A stretch of DNA of 42,973 nucleotides from an uncultured Gemmatimonadota bacterium (GCA_964626665.1 CAZVGK010000029.1:1-42973), one strand, 5' to 3'. Shown: positions 17,765-28,337, counted from the stretch's first letter. A program made the numbers and translations. Notes: generated from the sequence alone by a model not told the origin.

Positions 17765-17995
17765 GAACACGAATTTCACGAATGGACGAATCGGCGAGCC
17801 GTCAGGTGCCCTCACCTGACGGTGATGGTGGCAGAATCGGGGTTCTGCCACCTCCTTAGTACATCTTCTCCCTTCGTCATTCGGGATTACCATTTTCTTA
17901 TTTTCCAATTTCTATTTTCCGTCTTCCCGATCTACGATCTACGAAACACGAGTCTCCTATTCGTGTAGATTCGTCCATTCGTGGCATTCGTGTTC
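17765..17995. mobile_element. Composite MITE-like element with 27-bp inverted ends enclosing a GAG-hairpin doublet
   Basis: gaacacgaatttcacgaatggacgaat (17765-17791) and attcgtccattcgtggcattcgtgttc (17969-17995), 25/27; hairpins B 17796-17822 and A 17827-17854. Confidence 0.7.
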
Positions 17996-18001
17996 CGAAG
18001 C

Positions 18002-21000
18002 TTATTTGACCACAGCTATCTTCGTTCTGGCCTTCTGACCTGCGGCCTCCACCTGGCAGATATATACCCCATTTCTCACCATAATTCCCCGGCCATTTTT
18101 TCCATTCCATTCTATGGAATTCACCTTCCCCCCTTTTCCCCCTTCCCCCCCGGCTTGGCAACTGAGCTTCCTCACCAGTTCGCCGGTGAGGGTGTATATC
18201 CTCAAGGCTACATCCGAATTCTTGGGGAGATAGTAAACTATATGAGAGACCTCCCGGTGGGGATCAAAGGGGTTGGGGTAGCTGACCAGGGAACTCAGGT
18301 CTGCCTTCAGGGCCACTATCTTCTTTGACCGCAAAGGGAAATCCTCTGCAGAACCGACATAGACCTGACCAATGGGGACCCCCTCAACCACATCTGAGGC
18401 CTTGATGCCGGTTGAATCCACTATCACCCTGAAGCTCTTTCCCTCAATAGCAGGGGAGATAATTAGGCTGAGGATAAGGGTGTCTCTGTAACCAGGGTCT
18501 AAAAGGAATGGTGAGGACAGAGCTATCCTTACCCCATCATCCATTGGTTCACCCTGGCCGATTACCTGCAAACCATCTTTAAGAGAGACCTCTTTTAGGA
18601 AATTTGGCGAGAGGGGTTTACCCTTCCCATCATCTAATCTGAACCTCAGCTCCCTTATTCCCACCTGATGGCCTCCTGGCAGGTTCCTGTTGGTCACCAC
18701 CAAGCCAAGCACCTCTGCCTCCTCTCCTATACCTATGGAGATGGGAGCTAGATCCTGGGGTGTCACCAGAAGGGATGGGGCCTCCACCCTGATTTCATCC
18801 GCCAGGAAGGAAATCAACCAGGGTGACTCATTGTTCTGAAGTCCAAAAAGCTTCACCTGAGGTCGGTATGTTTTAGGAGAGATAACCTGAGGAACGGAGT
18901 CAGCCTTAAAGGCGATCTCCGTCTCCTCCTCTCCCCATAAATAGGAGGTGGTAGGGTTAAGCCCTGAAATGAACCTTTCTCCGTGAGAATCTCCAAACTG
19001 GATGAAGGAAGAGTCTGGATTGAGTTGAATAAATGAACTTCCATTATTCTTTAACCTAAGGGAGAAAGTTACTTTCTCACCAGGGCTGACCACCCTGGGC
19101 TTTACCGAACCCACAAGATAGGAAACCTTCGCCTCAGTCCTCACAATCACCGTGTCTGTTAACCAGATCGTATCCCCAAATTCCATTCCATTCTCCCTAC
19201 CTAAGAGGGTAAGCGTGAGGTCTGTATATTGAGCTGGATCAAGCCCCACCAACTTCTGCTCGAAGGAGAGAAGGACCGATTTTCCACCAGGGATGTAGGT
19301 GGTCGATTTCAGGAAGGAGGAGTAACCACCAATCTGGAACATCGTTCTTGCTGAATCCAGGCTAACCCCGGCCTCACCGCTGTTCGCTATCTTCGCCAGG
19401 AAGCCAACAATCTCCCTCTGGTATACCTGACGAGGGGATAAGACCCCTCCATAGGAAAGCCGGGCCCTTCTCTGCACAGTTATCTGGGGCAGATTAGGGG
19501 TTGAGGTGGAATCAAAGTAGAGGGAATCGGGGCAACCGTTTTCCTTGCCAACCAGGGATATTATGGGTTTATACTTCCCCGACCTGAGGGATTCATCTGC
19601 TATCCCCTCGAAGGTAAGGAGGGTCTGGGCTTTCCCTGCTTTGGTGCAGCTTAGCTTAATTGCCCCTCTTCTACCGGGATTGGGGGTGGAGGAACCTTCC
19701 CCGGGAATGATCGGGGGATCGGTGGTGAGATGGGCCACCAGGCTGTGCCCCTCCTGGTCAGATATGACAAATTTTGACCTGGTCTTCTCCAATATGAGGG
19801 CTGACTCTCCGGAATTCTCCACCCATATCTTAAATATTCCTGGCTTTCCGCTGGAGACCACCGTATCCTGGCCTACCAGAGAGATGGAAGCCGGGGTCTG
19901 CACCAAGAGGGCCCCAGGAAGGGGGATCTCCTGGGAGAAGTTGGCAGTATTTTGGCTGCCTATAAGCTTGAGGTCCAGATCAATAACCCCAATTGTGTCG
20001 ATAAATTGAGGGAGAAAGGTCAAAATGGTCTCCCTGCTCCCTGAGATGATTGTTCCGCCGGAGCTATCCAGAGAAGTTGAAAACCCTGTGAAGGAGAGGG
20101 TTGTAACCTGAGGGTCAAGTTCTATACCTGCCTGGCCCTCATTCCTCAGCATCAGGGAGAAACTCCTTTCCTGCCCTCTGGAGACGGTATCGGGATCTAA
20201 GTAAATGAAGACCGGATCTGCCGGGGTCTGTACTAAGAGGCTCTCCGGGCTCTGGACCGTAGAATCCGATAAACTCATCCCGCTGTTTATATCCCTCCCC
20301 CAGGCCTGGCTATAAATCATCACCCAACCAGGAGGGGCATTTTCGTCTATTTTCAGTCCAAACTGGTAGTGTTTGCAACTATCCCCCACGATCGTATCGG
20401 GAAGATGGCTGATGAGGCTGTCCCGGATGCCAGATCCTTCCGGCATAACCAGTCTCAGGCTGTCTAAAATAATCTCCGCCCCCCCTCCATTTCTTATCTC
20501 CACCGTGAGGTAAATGTTCTCCTGCCCCTGTGATACCACTGAGGGCTGAGCCAAGAAGCTCTCAATAGTTAATGATGCTTCTCCAATTGTCTCCACCTCA
20601 ATGCTATCACCGGGTTGAGAGGAATAGGAGAACTGATCGGTGTTTTCGTCGAAGGGGAGGCTGTCGATCTCCACAGTTATGATTGATGTGGCTCTGGGGT
20701 AATCGGGTGTGCTAACTTTCCAGATAACTAGCTGATTGATGGTAAATGGTTTAATTAGTGAATCCGTGGCGCATCCCGTTTGGCCAAAATCTATGGAAAG
20801 CCTACCGGAACCGCGAACCCCGGCCTCTCCTGTATTTTCCACTAAGGCCTCTACCGTGAACTCCTGCCCAGTGGAGACTATTCCATCCTGAGCCTCGGGT
20901 GGACTGGTTATGGAGGCGCTAAGTTTAAGGTCTGCCTTGGAGATAGTGAGCACCTCTAAACTATCCTTCCCTTCACTGACAAACGCTGAGTCACCTGAGT

Positions 21001-24000
21001 TGATATCCAAAGGCACTGTTGACAGTTTCACCAGAAGGTAGGAGAGAGAGACGGGGGTTTCCGGGGCGGTGATTTCCCAGCTTACCGAGCAGGTGGGAGA
21101 ATCATCGAGGTTAAAAATCCTGGTGGAATCTGCCGTCCAACAGCCAGAGCCGCCCAAATCCAAGCTAAGCTCTCCGGAGCCGGTTACTTCTGCCCTTCCT
21201 CTATTGGTGACCCGGGCGGTGAGGATAAACTGCTGCTCAGTAGATAAGGTATCGTCAACTGCTCCAGGGGGAGCGGTGATCTCGGCTGAGATCGATAGAT
21301 CAGCCCTATCTACTGTCTCGATCTTGATGGTATCTGACAGAATGCTCACCGAAGCGGTGGAGTCCGTGTTCTCATCATTGGGAATGGAACTCATCCTTAT
21401 TATAAGGTCATTGGCAGGGACAGAACTCTCAGGGGCGGAAAGCATCCAGCTAACCGTATCCCCAGGGAGGAAGCTCCAGGCGGTGTCCGATAGGAGAGTG
21501 CAACCTGTGTTCCCTATCTCAAGAGTCAGCTTGCCCGTGCTGTCTACTCCAGCCTGGCCTCTGTTGATTACCAATGCGCCCACTTTAAAATTCTGATTTG
21601 TGGAGACCACCCCATCGGTTGCCCCCTCTGGTGAGATCACAAATGAGTCAACCGCCAGATCTGCCTTTTCTATGGTTCTAACGATAACTGTATCTGAACT
21701 TCCCACGGGTATTCTGCTGTTCTGGTCAATTCCTCGGGCACCAATGAGGATGAGGGTATCTAAGAGAACTGGTATAGGTGGTGCCCTTAACTTCCAGGTA
21801 ACTGTGTCATTTACAGGTTTTTGAGCAGAGTCGCTGAGTAGAATATAACCTGCAGGGAACCTCTCCAAAAAGGCAAGTGTGTCTATGATGTTAGGGGTAG
21901 CTGAAATCGTTGCTTTAACCCAAAACTCCTGATCGGTGGATAATATCCCATCTTCAGCTCCAGAAGGACTGCTGATCTGAGCAGCCACGGCCACGCTTCC
22001 CGCATAGACGGTGGTAATGGGAATGCTGGCCACCCCTCTTTCTACCCAGGCAGCGCTATTTGTGTTCTCATCCTGGGGCAGGGAGATCAGACTCACCCTA
22101 ATGGTATCCAAGGCCTGACTTGTGTCCGGGGATTTTACCTTGAATTCAATAGTATCGCCAACCTGGAATGGGGAAGGGTCTGAACCTGAGAAGAGGGTAT
22201 ATCCTGAGGGGAGAGTGAGGTCTAACAATCCTTGACCATAGGTTCCGGCCTCACCCAAGTTTTCCACCCAGGACTTCAGGGTGAATATCTGGTTGGTGGA
22301 AACGGTGTCCTGCGGTGCACCTGGAAGTCGGATGATATTCAGATTGGCGGAAAACTCAGCCCTCTTCACCGTAACTACCCAGAGGCTGTCCTCCTCCTTG
22401 CTGACAAATGATGGTTGATGGGTATTGGCATCCAAGGGAGGGGTGATTATCTGGGCCGATAGGAGTTGGATTGGCTGAGACGAATCAGGAGCTGTTAGCT
22501 CCCAGAGAAGGGGTGAGCCAACGGCGAAGTTGACGCTGGTATCATCAACCGAGTAGCCAGAGGGTAAGTTCAGGATGATTGTCCCCGAGTCCTCAACCCC
22601 TGCCTCCCCTCCATTGGTAACTAAGGTTTTCAGAATGAATAACTGCTGAGTGGAGAGAGTATCATCTTTTGCCCCGTTGGGAGAGTCAATCCAGAGAGTT
22701 AAGCTCAAATCAGCTTTGGTCTGCACCTGGAAGGGATGGCCACCCCAGATCTCCTTCTCTATCTTCGCCTGGCTGGTCAAATCCTCTCCCCAGAAGAATC
22801 CCCTGATAGTGGCTGTCCCCAGGGTGGTTCCGGTGGAGTCTATAAGAAAGGCTAAACTGTCCGTAGTCCCCCCGGGGATGATGGTGCTCCCACTTCCCTC
22901 GAATGTGGAAGGTTTCTGGATGATATACTCTCCGGTTACCTCAACCCCGATATAAAACCTCACTCTGCTACTATCCAGCCGCACTGAGGCATCACCAGAG
23001 TTGGAGATTAACATAAAGACCTGCCAGTCAACTCCCTGATCCCGGTTCACCTGGGGTTGGGAGGGCTTTATCGAGAGGATGTGGATGCCCGCAGGAGCCT
23101 CCACCACCCAACTATCCACCAGATCAGCGCCGAGATCATTTACCTGGTAACCGGAATTGGCATCCCTGCCATAGATTCTCCCATCCAAAGTGGTATTTCC
23201 TGTAGGGGCATCTCCTCCCACATCCACCAGAAAACTAAAAACCGTATCCTGAGTTCCTCCGGGGATGCTGTCTGGACCGCTATTCAGTTGAACCTGATAA
23301 TGTGAGCTTACATCCGTAGCCCCCTGCCAGAAGGTCAAAAGGGTACTATCCACGGTAGCGGTTGCCTGACCGGTATTGTCCACTATCATACCAACAGCTA
23401 TCCCCGACTGCCCCTGATTCACGATATCGGGAGCTGTCTCTATTCTGTCAATAGTTAGGTAGGCAGGGGTCTGTACCACCCAACTGTGGGGTTGAGTGGG
23501 CGAATTATCTGAAACCGAGTTGCCGGAGTTGGCATCTGTCCCTGTTACAGTAGCTTTAATGGTGACGGAGCCGGAGTGGGCATTGGATTTTACCTGCACC
23601 TGATAGGAGAAGCTACGGGAGCTCGAACCGGGAATGGAATCGGGGTTACTGCCAGAGGTAACAATATAGTCTGAAGTTCTCTCTGTGGAACCCTGCCAGA
23701 ATGTTAACCCAGCGCTGCTGATGTGGACTATTGTCTCTCCCGTATTGCTTACCGTCATGGTAACCGGAATCCCTGACTGTCCCTTGCTCACCGAGGTGTG
23801 GGTACAGGAGATGGACCCAATGCTCAGGTGAGCAGGGGTCTGGATGGTAATCCAGTTAGAGGAAGAGGAGTTTGAACTCACTGGATTACCGGAATTGGCA
23901 TCCGTGCCCGTGGCATGGCCAGAGAACCTGACGGTTCCGTGGTCACCGGAGGAGGAGGAATATACCCAGACGAAGTCCGCCGATTCACTGCTGTCAAGAT

Positions 24001-27000
24001 TGGTGCTGACCGGAGATGGTCCACTCTGCAGGTGGGCTCCTCCAGTTCCGGAGAGGGTTAAAGCAGATGGAGTCACATCTTCAACAGTGGCCCCACCATT
24101 GTTGGTAACCGTCATCGTGACCGTTATATTCTGTCCCTCGCTGAGCTGATTTGGGTTAGCAGCAATTGTGGAGACCAGATCCGAGGACGATTGCACTGTC
24201 CAGCCATCAGTGGTCTCTGCCGAGTCGTCTGAGGTTATAGCATTGGAGTTGACATCCTGACCGGACACGGATCCATCAATAGTGATGTATTCAGGAGAGG
24301 CGGTGAGGCTGACATCAACCGTAAAAGTGAAGGTTCTTTGAGATAGGCCGGGTATGGAGCTGGGGTTGCCTCCAAAAGGGGTAACCGTATAGTCGCCGTT
24401 TCTGTCTACCGCGCCGGCCCTAAAATTTAGGTTAGAGGAGGTTATTAAAGCCCTTGCTTGGCCCAGATTATCCACGCTCATCGTCACCGTTATCCCTGTT
24501 TGCCCCTGGCTAACCACAGTGGGTGAGGTAGAGATAAGGTTTATGCTCAGGTTTGCTGAGGTTTGCACTACCCAGGTATCAGTTATGGCAGCGCCTTCAT
24601 CGGAAACGGTGTAACCTGAGTTCACATCCCGGCCAGTGGCCTTTCCATCAATACCCACTACTCCAGGGGAGGATGTGCTTTTTACATTCACATTGTAGGA
24701 AAACCTTCCCTTTTCTCCTCCATTTATTGTGCTTGGTCCCGAGTTGCGGGTTATTACATATTGTTCGTTGCCACTGGAGAAGACCGGCCCAGTCTGGCTC
24801 ACATCCCCCTCTATCTGAGCATCTGCCTCCCCCAGGTTCAAGACTGTCATCCACACCGTCAACCCAGTCTGACCTTGAGAGACGGTATCGGTGAGGGTCC
24901 AAACCGAATCCACAGCAAGCTGAGCTGGCCTCTGCACAACCCACCAGTCCGTTTGCTGAGGGCTGTTATCGCCGACCTGCACAGAATTGGATGTTCCATT
25001 TACAAACCCGCTTATGGTGACCGTGTCATCCACGGTTGCCGAACCAGATGTTTGCACCCAGAAGTAGAGGCTTATCGTAGCTCCTGAGGCTATGCTATCC
25101 GGGTTGACTGGGCTTGGGGTAACCGTATATTCGGAGGTCAAATCTCCGCTTAACTTGCCGGTGAAGCTAAGGCCCGCTGTATCTAAATAAGCTGCCCCCG
25201 CTCCCTCATTTTTCATGCTCATACTTACCGTATCGGTCTCCCCCTGGGAGATCAGGCTGCGTCTGGTGAAGATGGTGAGCAGGTCCAGTTTCTCCATCCT
25301 CACTGTAGTTGTCCCATAGGCATTCCCATTTACCGAGTGGGCAGCCACCAGGGCCTCCCCTCCGGTGGTGGATTCAGACTGCAGGATGAAGGTTATCGTT
25401 CCGTTGGGGGCTGTGGCCACCGTAGCTACTTGTTCCCCCGAAATTGACCCCAAGGTGGTGCTCACTGTAATCAGGGTCCCTGTGCTTACCCTATTCCCAT
25501 AGACATCCCCTATCTCGCTGGAACTTATAGTGGAACTACTATCCCCATCCGCAGGGATGACCTGGGGAGTGGGGGTGAGGGTTATGCTTCCTGAAGGAAC
25601 GCCGGGGTTGACGGTGATCACCTCAGTTGAATCCGGGGTGATCCCTGTGCTATCTGCCTTTATGGTTCCGCTGGTGGGGGCTGTGGTGGGTTTGAACTTG
25701 GTGCTTGTCCCCGTGGAGGGAGAGGGAGAGTCCAGGTTCCCTGTCCTTGTCCAGGTAGCATTCACCTGGCGCACCCAGTTGCCATCCCCATCATAACCCA
25801 CTGCATAGAGCACCAGACTATCCCCAGTGGAGATGGTCTGAGCGGGTATCTGGTTGCCCCCACCTCCTGGGGCATCCTCCACCTGAATAGAGGCCAAGGT
25901 CCCCAGATTTACTGTTATCGTTCCGGTGGCATCGGTGTGACCGGAGCCATCGTCTGCGGTTATCGTGCCCGTGCCCACTTTGGTGGCATCAAAGGTTGTG
26001 CTCGTGCCTGAGCCAGGGGAGACATCGCCTATCCCACCTGTCACCCCCCAGGTTACACTTACATCGGAGACATAGTTGCCCGCTGCATCCCGGCCTATAG
26101 CATAGCAGGTCAGTGTCTGATCGGTGGTCAAGGTGTCCTTGTTTATGGGATTGCCTGTACCATTAGCCGCATCCTCTATCTGGATGTAGCTTAAAGACCC
26201 AATGCTCACCGTTATCGTCCCGGTGGAGTCGATATGCCCTGATCCATCATTGGCAAATATCTGCCCACTGGTGCCTCCAGTGCTGGGAGAGAATATCGTG
26301 CTTGTGGCCGGCCCTGAAGGGGTGTTATCCAGGGTGGCGGTGACTCCCCAGGTACAGGTGATATCGGCTATATAATTGCTGTCCGCATCATAACCGGCAG
26401 CCCACAACGGATATGTTTCCTCAGTGGTCATCGTATGGGTGGTGGCCTCAGAACCTGTGCCGTTGACCCCCTTCCTCACTATTATGTAGCTTAGGGCACC
26501 ATCATTGACGGTGATCAAACCTGTGGTGTCGTCCTCTGCCGTGGTATGATGGGCAACTATCCTGCCACTGGTAGGTGAGGTAGAGGGATCAAAGGTAAAA
26601 GTTGTTCCTGTCCCTGGCTGAGAGTCCAGACCATCTATGGTTGACCAACTCACCGACTCATCTGCTCGGTAATTGTTGTCCGCATCATAGCCAGCAGCGT
26701 AGAGGGTAAATGTCTCATCCGTGGTCATAGAATGGGTGGTTACCTCTGAACCTCCCCCACTGGCTGTATCCCTGATCAAGATGTGATCTAAGGTCCCCAG
26801 ATTTACTGTTATCGTTCCGGTGGCATCGGTGTGACCGGAGCCATCGTCTGCGGTTATCGTGCCCGTGCCCACTTTGGTGGCATCAAAGGTTGTGCTCGTG
26901 CCTGAGCCAGGGGAGACATCGCCTATCCCACCTGTCACCCCCCAGGTTACACTTACATCGGAGACATAGTTGCCCGCTGCATCCCGGCCTATAGCATAGC

Positions 27001-27658
27001 AGGTCAGTGTCTGATCGGTGGTCAAGGTGTCCTTGTTTATGGGATTGCCTGTACCATTAGCCGCATCCTCTATAACTATATGGTCCAGACCTCCTGCCAC
27101 TACATCCACATCCCAGGCTCCAGAGGATTTCTCTGAGCATTTTGTATAAGGGTCTGCTATGTTTGTATCATTGTAAAAAGAGGTGAAATGATTGGAAGAG
27201 CTGGTGGTGGTGGGGATACCTTCGGAGAAGGTGACCATCAGGGAATCCATAACGCCGCTGGCTGGGGCGAGGATAACCAGGGAGTCGCTTCCAGATGCGC
27301 TGAAATAATACCAGTAGCAGTGACCTGAATCTGGATGAGTGGAGATGATTACCTTAGAGCTGTCTTCCTGGATCCATTGTGATACCCCAGCGATGAGGAT
27401 CTCCTCAACGGTTATTTCTTCGTCAGTAAAGGGGTTATGGATGACGAATTTGTCCGCACTGGCTGTGGCTGAAGTGTCAACTATGGTGAAGGTATAAGTA
27501 AATTCCTGGGCGGAACCGGCCACAACACTGTGAGGGGAGATTTCCGCTTTCACCGTATCGGCCTGGTTATCTCCTGCAGCTTGTATCCCAGAGAATGGAA
27601 AGAGAATTATGGAACTGAAAAGGATGGCACAGATATTTTTAATAGCTTTTCCTTTCAT
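18002..27658 (-). CDS. Giant (3218 aa) repetitive Ig-like surface protein with T9SS-type/FlgD-like C-terminal domain
   Basis: Signal peptide; many ~100-125 aa S/T/G/D-rich repeats; C-terminus YPNPF...IYTLTGELVRKL...WNGKN...NGVYI...KIAVVK. Confidence 0.88.
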   Translation of the reverse strand: MKGKAIKNICAILFSSIILFPFSGIQAAGDNQADTVKAEISPHSVVAGSAQEFTYTFTIVDTSATASADKFVIHNPFTDEEITVEEILIAGVSQWIQEDSSKVIISTHPDSGHCYWYYFSASGSDSLVILAPASGVMDSLMVTFSEGIPTTTSSSNHFTSFYNDTNIADPYTKCSEKSSGAWDVDVVAGGLDHIVIEDAANGTGNPINKDTLTTDQTLTCYAIGRDAAGNYVSDVSVTWGVTGGIGDVSPGSGTSTTFDATKVGTGTITADDGSGHTDATGTITVNLGTLDHILIRDTASGGGSEVTTHSMTTDETFTLYAAGYDADNNYRADESVSWSTIDGLDSQPGTGTTFTFDPSTSPTSGRIVAHHTTAEDDTTGLITVNDGALSYIIVRKGVNGTGSEATTHTMTTEETYPLWAAGYDADSNYIADITCTWGVTATLDNTPSGPATSTIFSPSTGGTSGQIFANDGSGHIDSTGTITVSIGSLSYIQIEDAANGTGNPINKDTLTTDQTLTCYAIGRDAAGNYVSDVSVTWGVTGGIGDVSPGSGTSTTFDATKVGTGTITADDGSGHTDATGTITVNLGTLASIQVEDAPGGGGNQIPAQTISTGDSLVLYAVGYDGDGNWVRQVNATWTRTGNLDSPSPSTGTSTKFKPTTAPTSGTIKADSTGITPDSTEVITVNPGVPSGSITLTPTPQVIPADGDSSSTISSSEIGDVYGNRVSTGTLITVSTTLGSISGEQVATVATAPNGTITFILQSESTTGGEALVAAHSVNGNAYGTTTVRMEKLDLLTIFTRRSLISQGETDTVSMSMKNEGAGAAYLDTAGLSFTGKLSGDLTSEYTVTPSPVNPDSIASGATISLYFWVQTSGSATVDDTVTISGFVNGTSNSVQVGDNSPQQTDWWVVQRPAQLAVDSVWTLTDTVSQGQTGLTVWMTVLNLGEADAQIEGDVSQTGPVFSSGNEQYVITRNSGPSTINGGEKGRFSYNVNVKSTSSPGVVGIDGKATGRDVNSGYTVSDEGAAITDTWVVQTSANLSINLISTSPTVVSQGQTGITVTMSVDNLGQARALITSSNLNFRAGAVDRNGDYTVTPFGGNPSSIPGLSQRTFTFTVDVSLTASPEYITIDGSVSGQDVNSNAITSDDSAETTDGWTVQSSSDLVSTIAANPNQLSEGQNITVTMTVTNNGGATVEDVTPSALTLSGTGGAHLQSGPSPVSTNLDSSESADFVWVYSSSSGDHGTVRFSGHATGTDANSGNPVSSNSSSSNWITIQTPAHLSIGSISCTHTSVSKGQSGIPVTMTVSNTGETIVHISSAGLTFWQGSTERTSDYIVTSGSNPDSIPGSSSRSFSYQVQVKSNAHSGSVTIKATVTGTDANSGNSVSDNSPTQPHSWVVQTPAYLTIDRIETAPDIVNQGQSGIAVGMIVDNTGQATATVDSTLLTFWQGATDVSSHYQVQLNSGPDSIPGGTQDTVFSFLVDVGGDAPTGNTTLDGRIYGRDANSGYQVNDLGADLVDSWVVEAPAGIHILSIKPSQPQVNRDQGVDWQVFMLISNSGDASVRLDSSRVRFYIGVEVTGEYIIQKPSTFEGSGSTIIPGGTTDSLAFLIDSTGTTLGTATIRGFFWGEDLTSQAKIEKEIWGGHPFQVQTKADLSLTLWIDSPNGAKDDTLSTQQLFILKTLVTNGGEAGVEDSGTIILNLPSGYSVDDTSVNFAVGSPLLWELTAPDSSQPIQLLSAQIITPPLDANTHQPSFVSKEEDSLWVVTVKRAEFSANLNIIRLPGAPQDTVSTNQIFTLKSWVENLGEAGTYGQGLLDLTLPSGYTLFSGSDPSPFQVGDTIEFKVKSPDTSQALDTIRVSLISLPQDENTNSAAWVERGVASIPITTVYAGSVAVAAQISSPSGAEDGILSTDQEFWVKATISATPNIIDTLAFLERFPAGYILLSDSAQKPVNDTVTWKLRAPPIPVLLDTLILIGARGIDQNSRIPVGSSDTVIVRTIEKADLAVDSFVISPEGATDGVVSTNQNFKVGALVINRGQAGVDSTGKLTLEIGNTGCTLLSDTAWSFLPGDTVSWMLSAPESSVPANDLIIRMSSIPNDENTDSTASVSILSDTIKIETVDRADLSISAEITAPPGAVDDTLSTEQQFILTARVTNRGRAEVTGSGELSLDLGGSGCWTADSTRIFNLDDSPTCSVSWEITAPETPVSLSYLLVKLSTVPLDINSGDSAFVSEGKDSLEVLTISKADLKLSASITSPPEAQDGIVSTGQEFTVEALVENTGEAGVRGSGRLSIDFGQTGCATDSLIKPFTINQLVIWKVSTPDYPRATSIITVEIDSLPFDENTDQFSYSSQPGDSIEVETIGEASLTIESFLAQPSVVSQGQENIYLTVEIRNGGGAEIILDSLRLVMPEGSGIRDSLISHLPDTIVGDSCKHYQFGLKIDENAPPGWVMIYSQAWGRDINSGMSLSDSTVQSPESLLVQTPADPVFIYLDPDTVSRGQERSFSLMLRNEGQAGIELDPQVTTLSFTGFSTSLDSSGGTIISGSRETILTFLPQFIDTIGVIDLDLKLIGSQNTANFSQEIPLPGALLVQTPASISLVGQDTVVSSGKPGIFKIWVENSGESALILEKTRSKFVISDQEGHSLVAHLTTDPPIIPGEGSSTPNPGRRGAIKLSCTKAGKAQTLLTFEGIADESLRSGKYKPIISLVGKENGCPDSLYFDSTSTPNLPQITVQRRARLSYGGVLSPRQVYQREIVGFLAKIANSGEAGVSLDSARTMFQIGGYSSFLKSTTYIPGGKSVLLSFEQKLVGLDPAQYTDLTLTLLGRENGMEFGDTIWLTDTVIVRTEAKVSYLVGSVKPRVVSPGEKVTFSLRLKNNGSSFIQLNPDSSFIQFGDSHGERFISGLNPTTSYLWGEEETEIAFKADSVPQVISPKTYRPQVKLFGLQNNESPWLISFLADEIRVEAPSLLVTPQDLAPISIGIGEEAEVLGLVVTNRNLPGGHQVGIRELRFRLDDGKGKPLSPNFLKEVSLKDGLQVIGQGEPMDDGVRIALSSPFLLDPGYRDTLILSLIISPAIEGKSFRVIVDSTGIKASDVVEGVPIGQVYVGSAEDFPLRSKKIVALKADLSSLVSYPNPFDPHREVSHIVYYLPKNSDVALRIYTLTGELVRKLSCQAGGEGGKGGKVNSIEWNGKNGRGIMVRNGVYICQVEAAGQKARTKIAVVK
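25896..26179. repeat. Intragenic 284-bp direct repeat, copy 1
   Basis: Identical by visual comparison to 26790-27073 (offset 894 nt, in frame). Confidence 0.9.
26790..27073. repeat. Intragenic 284-bp direct repeat, copy 2
   Basis: Identical by visual comparison to 25896-26179. Confidence 0.9.
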
Positions 27659-27664
27659 CGATCC

Positions 27665-28192
27665 TTAATCTGAAGCCTTTCTGAAGACCTCATCGGTGAA
27701 TTTGACGGAAGTTCCTTTCTTCCCTTCCTCATAGGTCCGCAAGCTAAACTTAAAGGGTCCTTGGCCGGAAAGTCCCTGAACAGAGAAAGATAGTTTGGCT
27801 TCTCCTTGAAGAGGCAACTTCTGGGAGGTAATCTTTACGGCAAGCACACCCTGATTGGAGTTATAACTCCAGGTGGCATAACCCTCTTCTTGCGGTCGCT
27901 TCTCTGACCTTTTCAACCAGAAATGCTCTTTATCCAAAGCGAATCCTACCAGTATCAATTTCTCACTGGAAGGGGAACCAGAAATCTCAAAGGTATTCTG
28001 GGAACTTCCATCAAAGGGAAAGGTGAAGTCAAAAGTTTGAACCTTCCCATTTGATCTTATGATGTGTGGTGAAATGCCTACTTTGGAGGGTTTTGCAAAT
28101 CCCGAGGAATAAAAAGTAAAAAGGAGAGAAAGGAGCAAAACCATCAGGACAAATGCTGAAGGACATATTTTTCGTTGCCCATTTGTAAACAT
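27665..28192 (-). CDS. Secreted hypothetical protein (175 aa), beta-rich
   Basis: Signal-peptide-like N-terminus; 6 nt from giant gene; resembles the giant protein's first domain (ISPH...FTF). Confidence 0.7.
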   Translation of the reverse strand: MFTNGQRKICPSAFVLMVLLLSLLFTFYSSGFAKPSKVGISPHIIRSNGKVQTFDFTFPFDGSSQNTFEISGSPSSEKLILVGFALDKEHFWLKRSEKRPQEEGYATWSYNSNQGVLAVKITSQKLPLQGEAKLSFSVQGLSGQGPFKFSLRTYEEGKKGTSVKFTDEVFRKASD

Positions 28193-28239
28193 ATATCTTC
28201 CTTTTGAGTTGAAGTTAATTGCTATATGAACTGGCTTTT

Positions 28240-28268
28240 AAATTAACATATCTCTAAGATGTTGTCAA
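28240..28268 (-). promoter_or_regulatory. Putative sigma70-type promoter
   Basis: TTGACA-17 nt-TAATTT with TGn extension on minus strand. Confidence 0.5.
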
Positions 28269-28337
28269 GGCAAACTTTTTCCTTCTCTTATTCTCAGATT
28301 GGAAATTTTTAATTTGCCCGTGGACTATTGTAATTAA

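Noticed and set aside
17747-17908. 54-aa N-terminal extension of the PorV-like ORF
   Set aside because: It translates repeat DNA (EVAEPRFCH); the signal peptide begins at ATG 17746
25896-27073. Duplication as a DGR template/variable repeat pair
   Set aside because: No adenine-specific mismatches, both copies are in-frame coding, and there is no reverse transcriptase
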